Shown in pieces: positions 52,392 through 62,016 of a stretch of DNA of 64,000 bases; position 1 is the first letter of the stretch; every line of letters begins with the position of its first letter. The notes under the pieces were generated by a model, which saw only the letters and a program-made list of their open reading frames with translations, was not told the DNA's origin and searched no databases. The translations under genes and the position numbers were made by a program. The DNA is from an uncultured delta proteobacterium (GTDB lineage: Bacteria > Desulfobacterota > Binatia > UBA9968), in the NCBI GenBank assembly GCA_963804165.1, contig CAWDPO010000024.1, positions 32,001 to 96,000 of the forward strand. The letters run 5' to 3'.

Positions 52392-52802
52392 CTAGGGATT
52401 TACCGCCGTTGCGTTTGAATCCTCCTCTCGCAACTCGTTGCGAGCCTGATCTGCCAGCTTCAAATAGTTTGCGCGTATGCGTTCCAAGTCCTTTTCTTCC
52501 AACTCCTCAAGATTGAGAAGAGCATTGTGTGCTTGGTCGATCGCGCGTATCAGCTCATCCAATTTTATTTGCATCGCTTCGGCGTCACGGTTCTGAGTGT
52601 TTTGAATCAAGAAGACCATCAGAAACGTGACAATCGTCGTCCCGGTGTTGATGACAAGTTGCCAAGTATCGCTGAATTTGAAGATGGGCCCTGCCACCGC
52701 CCAAATAAGGATGATCCCCAACGCCGTGCCGAAGGCGGCCGGTTGCCCCATGGCCCGCGCGATGCGCCTCGAGAAATCCCCAAACGACGACGTTGTCCGC
52801 AT
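52392..52802 (-). CDS. Low-affinity iron permease (Fet4) family protein
   Basis: FSDTWQLVINTGTTIVTFLMVFLIQNTQNRD..AMQIKLDELIRA. Confidence 0.92.
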   Translation of the reverse strand: MRTTSSFGDFSRRIARAMGQPAAFGTALGIILIWAVAGPIFKFSDTWQLVINTGTTIVTFLMVFLIQNTQNRDAEAMQIKLDELIRAIDQAHNALLNLEELEEKDLERIRANYLKLADQARNELREEDSNATAVNP

Positions 52803-52873
52803 GCCTTGTTCACCTTTAAGTCTAAGTCCTGTATATCCTGGCACAGCTTCCATGACTCGTGGTAAGCGACTGG

Positions 52874-52889
52874 AGCAACGGTCGTGCCA
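52874..52889 (-). promoter_or_regulatory. Putative sigma54 promoter (Fet4-DUF3096-DUF1328 operon)
   Basis: TGGCACGACCGTTGCT matches the consensus TGGCACG-N4-TTGCW. Confidence 0.75.
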
Positions 52890-53527
52890 CGAAACGACAA
52901 ATCAACGATCCTCTTATTTAATGAGTGGTTTAGTCGTTTTTAGACGGGCATCGGGTTTACGCGGTGCAGAGGGGTTTTTCTTACAAATTGTCGGCGTAAT
53001 CCTATCTCGATAAAAAGCTGCGATTGACGATCATTCTGTCGATGTTGAATATCTCGATGTTCAATATCTTACAGCGGAGTCTTGCCTTTTTTGCTAAACT
53101 CCCGTGACGAGAAATTCTGATGTGATTGGCGCCATCGCCGAGTACGTGGTGCCGGCACTGCCTCGTGGCCGAAACGACGATGCTCGTATTGCTTTGATAT
53201 AAGTGTGTTTTCCCTTCGTTTAGTTGGTAAAAAGCCGACAAGGGTTTCCGCGCAAAGTCATGGCACCGCTAAACTACTTGAACTAAAACGAATATTCCGA
53301 CGAACGGATTGGCACATCGTTTGATTGTTCATAGTGTCAGTGCTGAGTTTGTTTCTGCTGCCACGACTATCTCTTTGGCAGCTGAATTAAGTGTCGATGA
53401 CGCCACGCTTACCCCATCGGCAAAAACCAAGCTGACCCGCGAGCCCTAAACGGGAGTTTATGCACCACAGTGATTTCCTTGCTGCAATGCAAACGATCAA
53501 GATGTCATTTATCACGGAGATATAATT

Positions 53528-54169
53528 ATGGAGAGCAATCGAATTTACCGACCCAAACAATTTAATCTGAGCGGTCTCAAGGGAATTTCCGATCAAACGT
53601 TGGAGATGCACTTTAAATTGTATGAAGGCTACGTCAAGGAAACCAATAACCTTCAAGAAAAGATCGCCGCGATCCTGAAAGATGGCAAAGTCGATCAAGA
53701 GGAAATGCCGGCCTACTCCGAACTCAAACGCCGCCTCGGTTTTGAATACAACGGCATGGTTTTACACGAGTACTACTTCGGAAACCTCAAGCGCGACGGT
53801 GGCGGGCAACCATCGGCAAAATCATCATTCGCTAAAGCCGCGACTTCCAGCTTCGGCAATTACGACGTATGGAAAGCCGACTTCGCCGGCATCGGCAAGA
53901 TGCGCGGCGTCGGCTGGGCGATCTGCTATCAGGATCCGACAAACGATCGACTGTCCAACCACTGGATCTCATTGCACGAGATCGGCAATGTCGCCGGCTA
54001 CAACCCGGTGCTTGTGATGGATGTCTGGGAACACGCCTTCCTGCTCGATTACAAGCCGGCCGAACGCGCAAAATACATAGATGCGTTTTTCGCGAACGTG
54101 GATTGGAAAGTCATTGAGGACCGCTTGCACAAAGTGCATCAGAAAGTGCAGCGAGCCCGGGTGGCCTGA
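53528..54169 (+). CDS. Fe/Mn superoxide dismutase family protein
   Basis: H..LY.GYV, NGMVLHEYYF, GVGW, MDVWEHAF.LDY. Confidence 0.9.
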   Translation: MESNRIYRPKQFNLSGLKGISDQTLEMHFKLYEGYVKETNNLQEKIAAILKDGKVDQEEMPAYSELKRRLGFEYNGMVLHEYYFGNLKRDGGGQPSAKSSFAKAATSSFGNYDVWKADFAGIGKMRGVGWAICYQDPTNDRLSNHWISLHEIGNVAGYNPVLVMDVWEHAFLLDYKPAERAKYIDAFFANVDWKVIEDRLHKVHQKVQRARVA

Positions 54170-54253
54170 TGTGCATCGGCGGTCGCCATGTGACGATGGC
54201 GTGGCGAATCTACAAAATTTTTGAACGTCACACCTTCACGAGAAGGCGACATC

Positions 54254-54556
54254 ATGCCGAGAGGCGACAAGTCCAAATACACTCCGAAGCAGATCAGACA
54301 AGCGAGGCATATTGAAGAAGGATATAAGCGGCGCGGAGATAGTCCCAAACGCGCCGCACAACGAGCTTGGGCGATTGTGAATAAAATCTATGGCGGCGGC
54401 GAGAAACCGGGAGGTTCAGGTCGTGGCAAAGGAATAAACAGATCGCCTTACTTAAAGGGTGGAAAGCTGGGCGGCAAAGCGTCGGCCCGACGGCCTTTGG
54501 CAAAACGATCCGCTTCGGCGAAAAAAGCCGCCCGTACGCGAGCACGGAGAAGATGA
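54254..54556 (+). CDS. Small highly basic protein of the MPRGDKS.YT.KQ family
   Basis: MPRGDKSKYTPKQIRQARHIEEGY...RAWAIVNK..GGG...SASAKKAARTRARR. Confidence 0.75.
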   Translation: MPRGDKSKYTPKQIRQARHIEEGYKRRGDSPKRAAQRAWAIVNKIYGGGEKPGGSGRGKGINRSPYLKGGKLGGKASARRPLAKRSASAKKAARTRARRR

Positions 54557-54747
54557 GACGGCGCCAATTCTGGCAAAACCGCTACCCGGGTTCTGGGCCT
54601 GTGTCCGACTCGCCGAACTTTATTAGCTTACCAGATCTTCTAGACCGCCCATCTCACACTCAACGGTGGTAGTAGACTTAGGCAAGTCTGACACGTGTCG
54701 ACACGCTGCAGGTCCGACCCAGCTGTCTTAGATTTTTTAGCAACCTG

Positions 54748-54972
54748 CTAGTAAAGGATAACTCCGAACTCTACCTGTCCCTTCCGCATCTCGTAGTCTC
54801 TACGACTTATTCTCTGACCCCGATAATCTTCCTCCACCTGGTTCATCTGGTAATGGGAGTTAGAGCGGTAGCCTAACACGGGTGTCTTGTTCCCTGACGC
54901 CGTTCCAAGGAATTGGCAACCCCATTGACCAAAAGCGATCATGAGCGCTAGGAGCACGGTAAATTTTCGCAT
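54748..54972 (-). CDS. Small putative lipoprotein; paralogue of 59076..59270
   Basis: MRKFTVLLALMIAFGQWGC lipobox-like; AAGGAGG RBS. Confidence 0.6.
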   Translation of the reverse strand: MRKFTVLLALMIAFGQWGCQFLGTASGNKTPVLGYRSNSHYQMNQVEEDYRGQRISRRDYEMRKGQVEFGVILY

Positions 54973-55296
54973 GTCAACCTCCTTGGGTTGGACAGATTAG
55001 GAGGTTTAAGCAGGCTTACTTAAAAAATTTCGAGTAACCTCAGAAGTGAAACCCCACGTCTAGAATTGCTCAAACTCTACACTGACCGGAGAGGGATTAC
55101 TGTCTAATAGGGGACCCTTTCTTGAAAGGAATGAGCTAAAGAGGCGGGTTAACGAAGCGGCTTCCCGCCGGCTCGCAAACAATCAGCTAACACGCCAGGA
55201 CCGACTGGATTTCACTTAGTTGTCGGGGCACCTCGGTCGCCGTCCCATGGGACGAGAATCATCAAATGGATCGTTTTGTCCTTTAAGTCGCGCCGA

Positions 55297-56202
55297 TCAC
55301 AGCGGTCGAGTAATCAGCACCGGATCGCCGCAATGGCGCACCACCGATTCCGCGACACTCCCCAACACCCAGCGCTTAACGCCGGATCGCCCGTGCGAGG
55401 ACATCGCGATCAAATTGTCCGGCGTTTTTTGTCCTAACAAAATAATTTCATCGGCGGCAAGACCTTCCTTGGTGACGCACGTGATCTTCGCGACCCCAAG
55501 GTTTTTGAGATCGGCTGCCTTCTTGTCTAGATATTGCGCCGCTTCGTCGCGCACGCCGGCGAGCAGCTCCTCGTAATTCCCGGCGTAAAAACCCTCATCG
55601 CCGTCGTAAACGTTGTACGGAATATGATAGGTGCGGAACAACTCGACCTCCAGATCGAGCTTTTTCGCCATGCCGGCGGCCATGGGCAGCACGTCCTCGG
55701 CAAGCTCGGACCCGTCCAGCGGCACAATAATCGACTTGAGCATGGCTTCGCCTTCTGACTTCGCCTCCTCGGTAGCGCGGATCAACAACAGTGGATTCGC
55801 CATGCCGCGCAGGACCTTTTCGGCAACGCTGCCCAACAAGAAGCGATTCAATCCCGACCGGCCGTGCGTCGCCATCGTGATCAGCATCGCTTTATCGGTT
55901 GCCGCTTTTTCAATGATCATGTCTTCGGCTTTGCCCTTTTCCACCGAGCATCGAACATCGGTGCCGGCAAACGTTGTTGCCACGCTTCCTAGATAGCTCG
56001 TGAGGCGGCGGATAGCATCGTCGATGATGGTGTCGAGAAAGCGCGCCTTTTCGCTCGCCATGTGCGAGGCGACCTCGGCGATATCGACCACAGCCAACAA
56101 CTCGACGGGAACCTTAAACTTGCCCGCCAGGTAACGAGCATAGGGCAGGACCTTTTCCGCCGTCTTCGATCCATCCAACGGTACGAGTATTTTGCTGTAC
56201 AT
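55297..56202 (-). CDS. Tandem-domain universal stress protein
   Basis: ILVPLDGS x2, HGRSG..R..LGSVAE.V x2. Confidence 0.93.
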   Translation of the reverse strand: MYSKILVPLDGSKTAEKVLPYARYLAGKFKVPVELLAVVDIAEVASHMASEKARFLDTIIDDAIRRLTSYLGSVATTFAGTDVRCSVEKGKAEDMIIEKAATDKAMLITMATHGRSGLNRFLLGSVAEKVLRGMANPLLLIRATEEAKSEGEAMLKSIIVPLDGSELAEDVLPMAAGMAKKLDLEVELFRTYHIPYNVYDGDEGFYAGNYEELLAGVRDEAAQYLDKKAADLKNLGVAKITCVTKEGLAADEIILLGQKTPDNLIAMSSHGRSGVKRWVLGSVAESVVRHCGDPVLITRPL

Positions 56203-56468
56203 GCTTTCCTCCTCGCCGCCTGTTAAAAAAGTCCAGAGGGACTGTCGTCTTCCGTCCTCTGAAGGTAAAACTAACCCGTGATGGATTGCGGTCTAATATT
56301 GGACAAACTCAAAACTATAATTCTGCGTGATGAGAGCTATTTCGCGCGACTCGCAGTAGCGGTTTTGTTTCAATTATCTTTGGCGTTCCCTGTATTAAAT
56401 AGCGACAGGCGGTTTAAAACTCTGAGCCTAGATTGTTTACTCCAAGAAATATTCCAATGGTAGACTCT

Positions 56469-56555
56469 CTACTTGCTCGCCTTCTGTCTATGCTTCCCGC
56501 GCACGATCACGTGATACAGAACTCCGAGAGCCAACACCCTTCGTCGCCTCGCCAT
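56469..56555 (-). pseudogene. Short 5' remnant of a REP-associated (Y1/RAYT-like) transposase
   Basis: GGAGGG RBS, then MARRRRVLALGVLYHVIVRGKHRQKASK*; resembles the MAR.PR...G..YHV..RGN.RQ start. Confidence 0.55.
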
Positions 56556-56833
56556 GCATTCCCTCCAATAGGGGAGATAAGAAATTCTCAAGATTGGCTA
56601 GACTAGAAAAGCTGACCCCAACATTTTTTCTTGTCCCGGGGTAGCGGGCCGAAAAACTGCCGCCAAATCGACGAAATCGTCGAACTAAAGTGCAATTCAC
56701 AAACGCCACGCTGTTTGTTTCATTCCCGCAACAATTAACCGGAATCTCGTAATCCGAGGAGAATAAACAGAATGATGAAATTCGTTTCACAACAATTTTC
56801 ATTGAGAGTTTGCGGAGCGTACGCCAGTTTTCG

Positions 56834-56850
56834 TTGGCACAACAGTTGCG
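56834..56850 (+). promoter_or_regulatory. Putative sigma54 promoter (upstream of 56908)
   Basis: TTGGCACAACAGTTGCG. Confidence 0.72.
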
Positions 56851-56907
56851 CCCAATCATACCCGAATACGTGTATTCAACGACATAGAAAATCACAGGAG
56901 GCGCGCG

Positions 56908-57678
56908 ATGAAAACACTTGTTGGTATTTTTAGTTCCCCGGCAGACGCTGGCCGGGCTTATAGCGATTTACGTTCGCTCAACCTTCACGGCGAAGATCTC
57001 ATTGTCCTGACGCCCGAGGCCTCTTTACAGCAAATCGATGCCGTACCCACGGAAGACGGTGAGCAGCCGGGCATGGGTAAAGCCCTCGGAGGGGTGATCG
57101 GCGGCGCGATGGGGCTAGCCGCCGGCGCGGCGGTGGCCAGCCTGCTTCTCCCCGGTGTGGGAGCGGTATTGGCGATTGGTCTGGGAGCAGGGACTCTCGG
57201 ACTTGGCGGAGCCATTGCCGGAGCTGCGGGCGGCGGAGCGCTTGAAGAAGGACTTACACAGGGCTTGCCGAAGGATGAAATCTTTCTCTATGAGGAGGCG
57301 CTGCGACAAGGCCGCACGGTGATTGTCGTCACTTCCGAGGACGATGATCTACTGACCCAAAGCCGCCAGCTCATGGAACGCAACGGCGCTGAAAGCTTGG
57401 ATGCAGCTCGCGAGAAATGGTGGATAGGCCTTCGCGATACGGATGCGGCTGATTACGATGCGCCACAGGAGGCTCGGAACGAACCCCTGTATCGATCTGG
57501 ATTTCAAGCCGCGTTGCAACCTGACTTGAGAGGGAAGCCACTCCAGGATGGGCGCAGCATCTTGAAAGAACGCTTTCCACTCATCTATCAGGAAGAGTGG
57601 TTTCAACGGGGCTACGCGGGAGCCCAGGAATATTATTCGAACTTGCGCAAGAAAGAGCCGATAGCAGTAGCGATGTGA
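56908..57678 (+). CDS. General-stress-type membrane protein, paralogue of 46916..47692
   Basis: Same motifs as the paralogue; AGGAGG RBS. Confidence 0.78.
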   Translation: MKTLVGIFSSPADAGRAYSDLRSLNLHGEDLIVLTPEASLQQIDAVPTEDGEQPGMGKALGGVIGGAMGLAAGAAVASLLLPGVGAVLAIGLGAGTLGLGGAIAGAAGGGALEEGLTQGLPKDEIFLYEEALRQGRTVIVVTSEDDDLLTQSRQLMERNGAESLDAAREKWWIGLRDTDAADYDAPQEARNEPLYRSGFQAALQPDLRGKPLQDGRSILKERFPLIYQEEWFQRGYAGAQEYYSNLRKKEPIAVAM

Positions 57679-57894
57679 TCGCGGGTGAGTCCGAGCCAAG
57701 CGCGTGGCTCGGGAGTGAACATAATATTGTGGCGACGTTTCTTTCATCCACTCGATGAAGCGTTGACTATCTGAAGATTAAGCGTGGAAAGGTCTTGCAA
57801 TGACACATGTAATGCAAGATGCGACCCCATTAACTCAGCGTGCCACCCGCCGACAGCGCGGCCCGGTAATCTGAAAGGTCGCCACCCTGGTCGC

Positions 57895-58083
57895 TCAACG
57901 GCCAAGCAACGCCGGCAGAAGGAAGGTCCAGACCATTACCGCGGCACCAGTCAAAATCACGCCCACCATCATGGCCCAGGTCAGATGCATGGAACTAAGA
58001 TACTTTCCTCGGGTAGGGTGCGCGTGCTCCTCTTTCTTTTGTTCTCGCTCTTGTCGATGGGACAGATCGCCTTCGTGGCTCAT
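57895..58083 (-). CDS. Small single-TM hypothetical protein
   Basis: Charged N-terminus, hydrophobic C-terminus, AAGGAG RBS. Confidence 0.55.
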   Translation of the reverse strand: MSHEGDLSHRQEREQKKEEHAHPTRGKYLSSMHLTWAMMVGVILTGAAVMVWTFLLPALLGR

Positions 58084-58547
58084 ATCGTCTCCTTATTCCT
58101 GGCACCCCTCTGATCGTCTGGCAGGACCAACTTATTCACGAGAGGGCATCAGCATTTCAACGAAAAGCAGCCTTTCCGCTTTTCTGCACTCATTGTCCGC
58201 TGAGCCGTCACGAATTGCTGTCCACTATTGAACGATCCTGCAAAGAATTATTGTCCGGGAGGGCGGCAACGTCCTGCGACTAATTCCCCGGTAACTTTGT
58301 CTTATATTGAACAGACGTCCTCTTGGATGGAAGTGTATAGTGTAAGTACAATTGCGCTGATCGATGAGGGAATATTTCAAAAACGATATCAGGCTTCGAG
58401 GATAAACCCGACGGCCGGAAGCGCTATCAATTATTTTCGACGCAATCTTTAATTGTTCGCTGATCCTCAATTCGCCTGGCTAGGGTTACCACAGCGCCTT
58501 TATCCCGATAGCGGCATCATGGAATAGAAAAAGCAGGAGAAAGCAAA

Positions 58548-58805
58548 ATGGATTTGGAAAAAGCAAAGCTGAATCCCGCAGCCGTTTTTAAGACCCCTGA
58601 AGAAATCGTTTCAAGCCAAGAATTGTCGCGCGAACAAAAACTTGAAATCCTTCGGCGATGGGAACAGGACGCGATGTCGATGGAAGTCGCCGACGAAGAA
58701 GGCATGCCCGGCCCGCAACCCAAATTGCTCCAGCCGATTCGCGCCGCTCTGCACGCCCTCAACTATTGGCCGGATACCGAGCACTCGAGCCCCAGCAAAG
58801 CCTAA
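58548..58805 (+). CDS. Small acidic hypothetical protein, paralogue of 50065..50337
   Basis: FKTPEEIV..LSREQKLEILRRWEQD..VADEEGM. Confidence 0.75.
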   Translation: MDLEKAKLNPAAVFKTPEEIVSSQELSREQKLEILRRWEQDAMSMEVADEEGMPGPQPKLLQPIRAALHALNYWPDTEHSSPSKA

Positions 58806-59075
58806 GAACCGGACCGCCATCTTTCAAGATGACTTTTTTCGGTCTGGCCATCGATCCGGTAGGCAGTCGAGAGAGTCTAAAGTGGTTGACTTGAACGATT
58901 GCGAGCCGCTGGGAACCCGCTTCAGTAACCCGGCTTTTAGCTAGATTCAAGACTGCGATAATTCTTTTCAAGACACGGTCCCATATTAGACAGTAATCCC
59001 TCTCCAGTCAGCGTAGAGTTTGAGCAATTCTAAGCATGGGGTTTCTCCTAATCTGTCCAACCAAAGGAGGTTGAG

Positions 59076-59270
59076 ATGCAAAAATTTACGGTCCTACTAG
59101 CGCTCGTAATCGCTCTCGGTCAATGGGGTTGCCAATTCCATGGAGGCTACGACGCTAACTCCTATTACCAGATGAACCAGCTGGAAGATGTTTATCGAGA
59201 ACAAAGAATAACTCGCACTGACTACGAGCTCCGTAAAGGACCGGTAGAGATAGCATTTACCGTTTACTAG
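59076..59270 (+). CDS. Small putative lipoprotein, paralogue of 54748..54972
   Basis: MQKFTVLLALVIALGQWGC...YQMNQLED.YR.QRI.R.DYE.RK. Confidence 0.6.
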   Translation: MQKFTVLLALVIALGQWGCQFHGGYDANSYYQMNQLEDVYREQRITRTDYELRKGPVEIAFTVY

Positions 59271-59342
59271 GCGAAGATTCGAGCACTTCGCCTGATGATG
59301 ATCGTTTGATGTAATCATGAAAGGTGAAAGGGAGACCGACAG

Positions 59343-59574
59343 ATGCGAAAAAAAACCAAGACCACGCCGAAAAAGGCCAGCCCGAAAAAATCCCGCGCCA
59401 GGAAACGCAATTCAATCCAGACGAAGAAAGTCGCCGTGAAACCAAAGGCAGAAGACAGCGTTCTGGGAAAAACTCAAGAATGCGTTGGACGACACCGTCG
59501 CTAAAATCAAAATGTTTCTGCCCCGGGAAAGCGCCGGCAAAGAGGTCGACCAGCCGAAAAGCGCCGCCGAATAA
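59343..59574 (+). CDS. Possible Lys/Arg-rich small protein (one frameshift ~59470)
   Basis: GGGAG RBS; MRKKTKTTPKKASPKKSRARKRN...; removing one A gives GKLKNALDDTVAKIK...AAE*. Confidence 0.35.
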
Positions 59575-59610
59575 CACAGCAGCCGCGGTCAAGTCATGCA
59601 ATCCGACATC

Positions 59611-59721
59611 CTACTTCCGTCGCACTATCTGTTTGAGCCTGCGGGTCACCTTCGCGTAATGGACTCCCAAATGCGCGGCGATCTCATGCAGCCGAAACCC
59701 GTGCTCGCGGTACGCCAGAAT
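59611..59721 (-). pseudogene. C-terminal HTH remnant of a RAYT-like transposase
   Basis: AYREHGFRLHEIAAHLGVHYAKVTRRLK. Confidence 0.55.
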
Positions 59722-59975
59722 GTGCGAAATACCGATTGAACGCATTGTTAACATACATCGTCGCCTGGAACCTGCGATCTTTGAAGAAGGCAAAAGAAAA
59801 CCGTCACGCGTCGAGGTCATAATCATTTGAAAAGAAAGTCGGGAATGCCTGACCCCCCATACGGTCGGAACTGCGGCGGTGTCTATTGGGAGTATTTCGG
59901 AACGAATTTTGTTTCGCAGCACGCTACGCATGAAGCCACCGCAGAGCGGATCGCCAAGCTCGGGGACGAGACATC

Positions 59976-60596
59976 ATGACTGAAGATCCAGAGGTTCGCG
60001 CGTGGAAGAATTGCCATCCCGATGATCTTTGGATTTTTGACAAATTATTGTTGAGCAAGCAATTCAACTATCTGTGCGGTCCAGGTTGCGTTCCCGTACC
60101 GAAAGCTGATTTCTACGTCGTAAGGCCGGTCATGAATCTCTACGGAATGGGCGTCGGCGCCGAGGTCAAATGGTTGACGCCGACAGATTCCACCGCCGTG
60201 CCTCCGGGTTATTTTTGGTGCGAAGAATTTAAGGGGCGCCATTTGAGTATCGATTATGACCGGAACGGCCTCCAACTTAACTGTGTCGAAGGATTTCGAC
60301 GCGCCAACGCGCCTTTATATAAATTCTCTGAATGGAAGGTCGTGAATCAACTCAGAGAGTTTCCCGGCGTACTGAAAAATCTGGTCGGAACTTATGAGTT
60401 TTATAATGTCGAGATGATCGGCGACAAAATCATTGAGGTTCATTTGAGGCAAAATCATGATCCAATTCAAAACGACCTCAGAGTCTGTTGGGAAAAAGAT
60501 AAGAATCATGAAAACCTGAGATTATTGCCGCATCATGAAGATGCGGATGGCTATTTACCTGAAAAAAGACTCGGCTTCTATATTTCGAGGCGTTAA
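59976..60596 (+). CDS. Hypothetical protein, possibly ATP-grasp-like and phage-associated
   Basis: 206-aa open frame, visibly AT-richer; VRPVMNLYGMG.GA, FWCEEF.G.H.S.D, NVEMIGDKIIEVHLRQN. Confidence 0.55.
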   Translation: MTEDPEVRAWKNCHPDDLWIFDKLLLSKQFNYLCGPGCVPVPKADFYVVRPVMNLYGMGVGAEVKWLTPTDSTAVPPGYFWCEEFKGRHLSIDYDRNGLQLNCVEGFRRANAPLYKFSEWKVVNQLREFPGVLKNLVGTYEFYNVEMIGDKIIEVHLRQNHDPIQNDLRVCWEKDKNHENLRLLPHHEDADGYLPEKRLGFYISRR

Positions 60597-60618
60597 AAAT
60601 AACAAGGAGTAAAACCCT

Positions 60619-61104
60619 ATGCAAAGAATTAGTCCATTTTTGTGGTTCGACGACAAAGCCGAAGAGGCGGCGGTTTTTTATACCTCCATTTTCAAAAATT
60701 CGAAGATCACGACCATTGTTCGCTATGGAGATTCGGGTGCAGAGGTCACCGGAAGAGCCAAGGGAACGGTCATGACCGTGGCCTTCCATCTCGACGGGCA
60801 AGAATTCGTCGCGTTAAACGGCGGACCGCAATACAAATTCACTGAAGCCGTATCGTTTGTCGTGAACTGCCAAACGCAGGAAGAGGTCGATGAATATTGG
60901 AAGAAACTCTCGGACGGAGGTCAGGAAGTGCAATGCGGCTGGCTCAAGGACAAATACGGCTTATCATGGCAAATTGTTCCGACTATTTTAAGCGAAATGC
61001 TAAATGACCCTGATCCAAAGAAGGCGGACAGAGTGATGAAGGCAATGCTTCAAATGAAGAAAATTGACATCAAAGGTCTAAAGCAAGCGTATGAGCAACA
61101 ATGA
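60619..61104 (+). CDS. PhnB-like VOC protein (3-demethylubiquinone-9 3-methyltransferase family)
   Basis: [38 protein letters not shown]. Confidence 0.92.
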   Translation: MQRISPFLWFDDKAEEAAVFYTSIFKNSKITTIVRYGDSGAEVTGRAKGTVMTVAFHLDGQEFVALNGGPQYKFTEAVSFVVNCQTQEEVDEYWKKLSDGGQEVQCGWLKDKYGLSWQIVPTILSEMLNDPDPKKADRVMKAMLQMKKIDIKGLKQAYEQQ

Positions 61105-61138
61105 GACAAAATCCATTTTAGCTCGGCGTCAGAAAGCG

Positions 61139-61186
61139 GACAGGCTACCACGAGCCCGCGACCTTTCAACGGAAAAGTAGCCTGTC
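61139..61186. repeat. Inverted repeat GACAGGCTAC / GTAGCCTGTC between convergent genes
   Basis: Perfect 10-bp arms followed by a T-tract; REP-like and/or terminator. Confidence 0.55.
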
Positions 61187-61212
61187 ACCTTTTCTGCTCT
61201 CTTTTCTGCTCC

Positions 61213-62016
61213 TTATCCGTCTCCGCCCAGATCGCGGTAACGCATCATGGCCCAGGTGAACAAGCCGTGGGCAATCAAACCAGCGGCGGTAGCGCCGAGC
61301 AGCCACGGGCCGAAAGGTTGTTCCATGAGAGTCGCAAGTGCCTTTGTCATGCCGCCTGCGTTATCGGAATCGGAATTTACGGCCGCTTGCACGAGAAAAA
61401 GGCCGACAAGTGCGATCAGCAAAGCCCGTGCGCAAAAGCCCATCCGGCCGAGAGTGATCACCGCAATCTTCTCCCAAGCATGCATGTCGCGCAGCGCGAG
61501 TTTCTCGCGGAACTTCGCCCGGTAGCCCACCAGGAGCTGACTGATGCTGATCCCAAAGGCCACCACGCCCGCGGCCCCAACCAGCCAACGTCCGAATCCC
61601 TGCGACATCAGCCAGCTTGTCCCCGACTGCGCGGCTTGATCCCCACTCTCCCCGCCACCCATCACGCCGAGCCCTGACAGGACTGTCCTCGCCGCCATGT
61701 ATGCGAGATAGATATGGAGGAAACCGCTGGCACCGTACAACACCCGGGGGCCTTTGCCGACGTTTTCGGGGTCCTTGAACGCCTCCACGAACTTCCACGC
61801 CGAATAGTGCAGCAAGCCGACGGCGAGGATTACCAGAAGCGTGCCCCCGAATGGACGCCGGCCGATTTCCTCGAGAGCTCCCTTCGTGTCACCCGTTTTA
61901 CCGCCGAAACCAACCGCGACCTGCAGGGCAAGCAACCCAACGGCGAGATAAACCGCGCCCTTGGCGAGAAACCCAAAACGAATGATGAATTTTAGAAAGC
62001 GGCTTTGAGACTTCAT
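61213..62016 (-). CDS. DUF1206 domain membrane protein
   Basis: Three repeats of R.G..AKG/AR..., .QPFG..LL. Confidence 0.88.
   Translation of the reverse strand: MKSQSRFLKFIIRFGFLAKGAVYLAVGLLALQVAVGFGGKTGDTKGALEEIGRRPFGGTLLVILAVGLLHYSAWKFVEAFKDPENVGKGPRVLYGASGFLHIYLAYMAARTVLSGLGVMGGGESGDQAAQSGTSWLMSQGFGRWLVGAAGVVAFGISISQLLVGYRAKFREKLALRDMHAWEKIAVITLGRMGFCARALLIALVGLFLVQAAVNSDSDNAGGMTKALATLMEQPFGPWLLGATAAGLIAHGLFTWAMMRYRDLGGDG

Noticed and set aside
53002-53500. ORFs or an ncRNA in the long Fet4-SOD divergent spacer
   Set aside because: No family motifs or convincing structure were seen; it is better explained as regulatory DNA.
54254-54556. Toxin-antitoxin or plasmid origin suggested by the 'plasmid stabilization' label often given to this family
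   Set aside because: It has no RelE/ParE features, no partner antitoxin and no replication genes.
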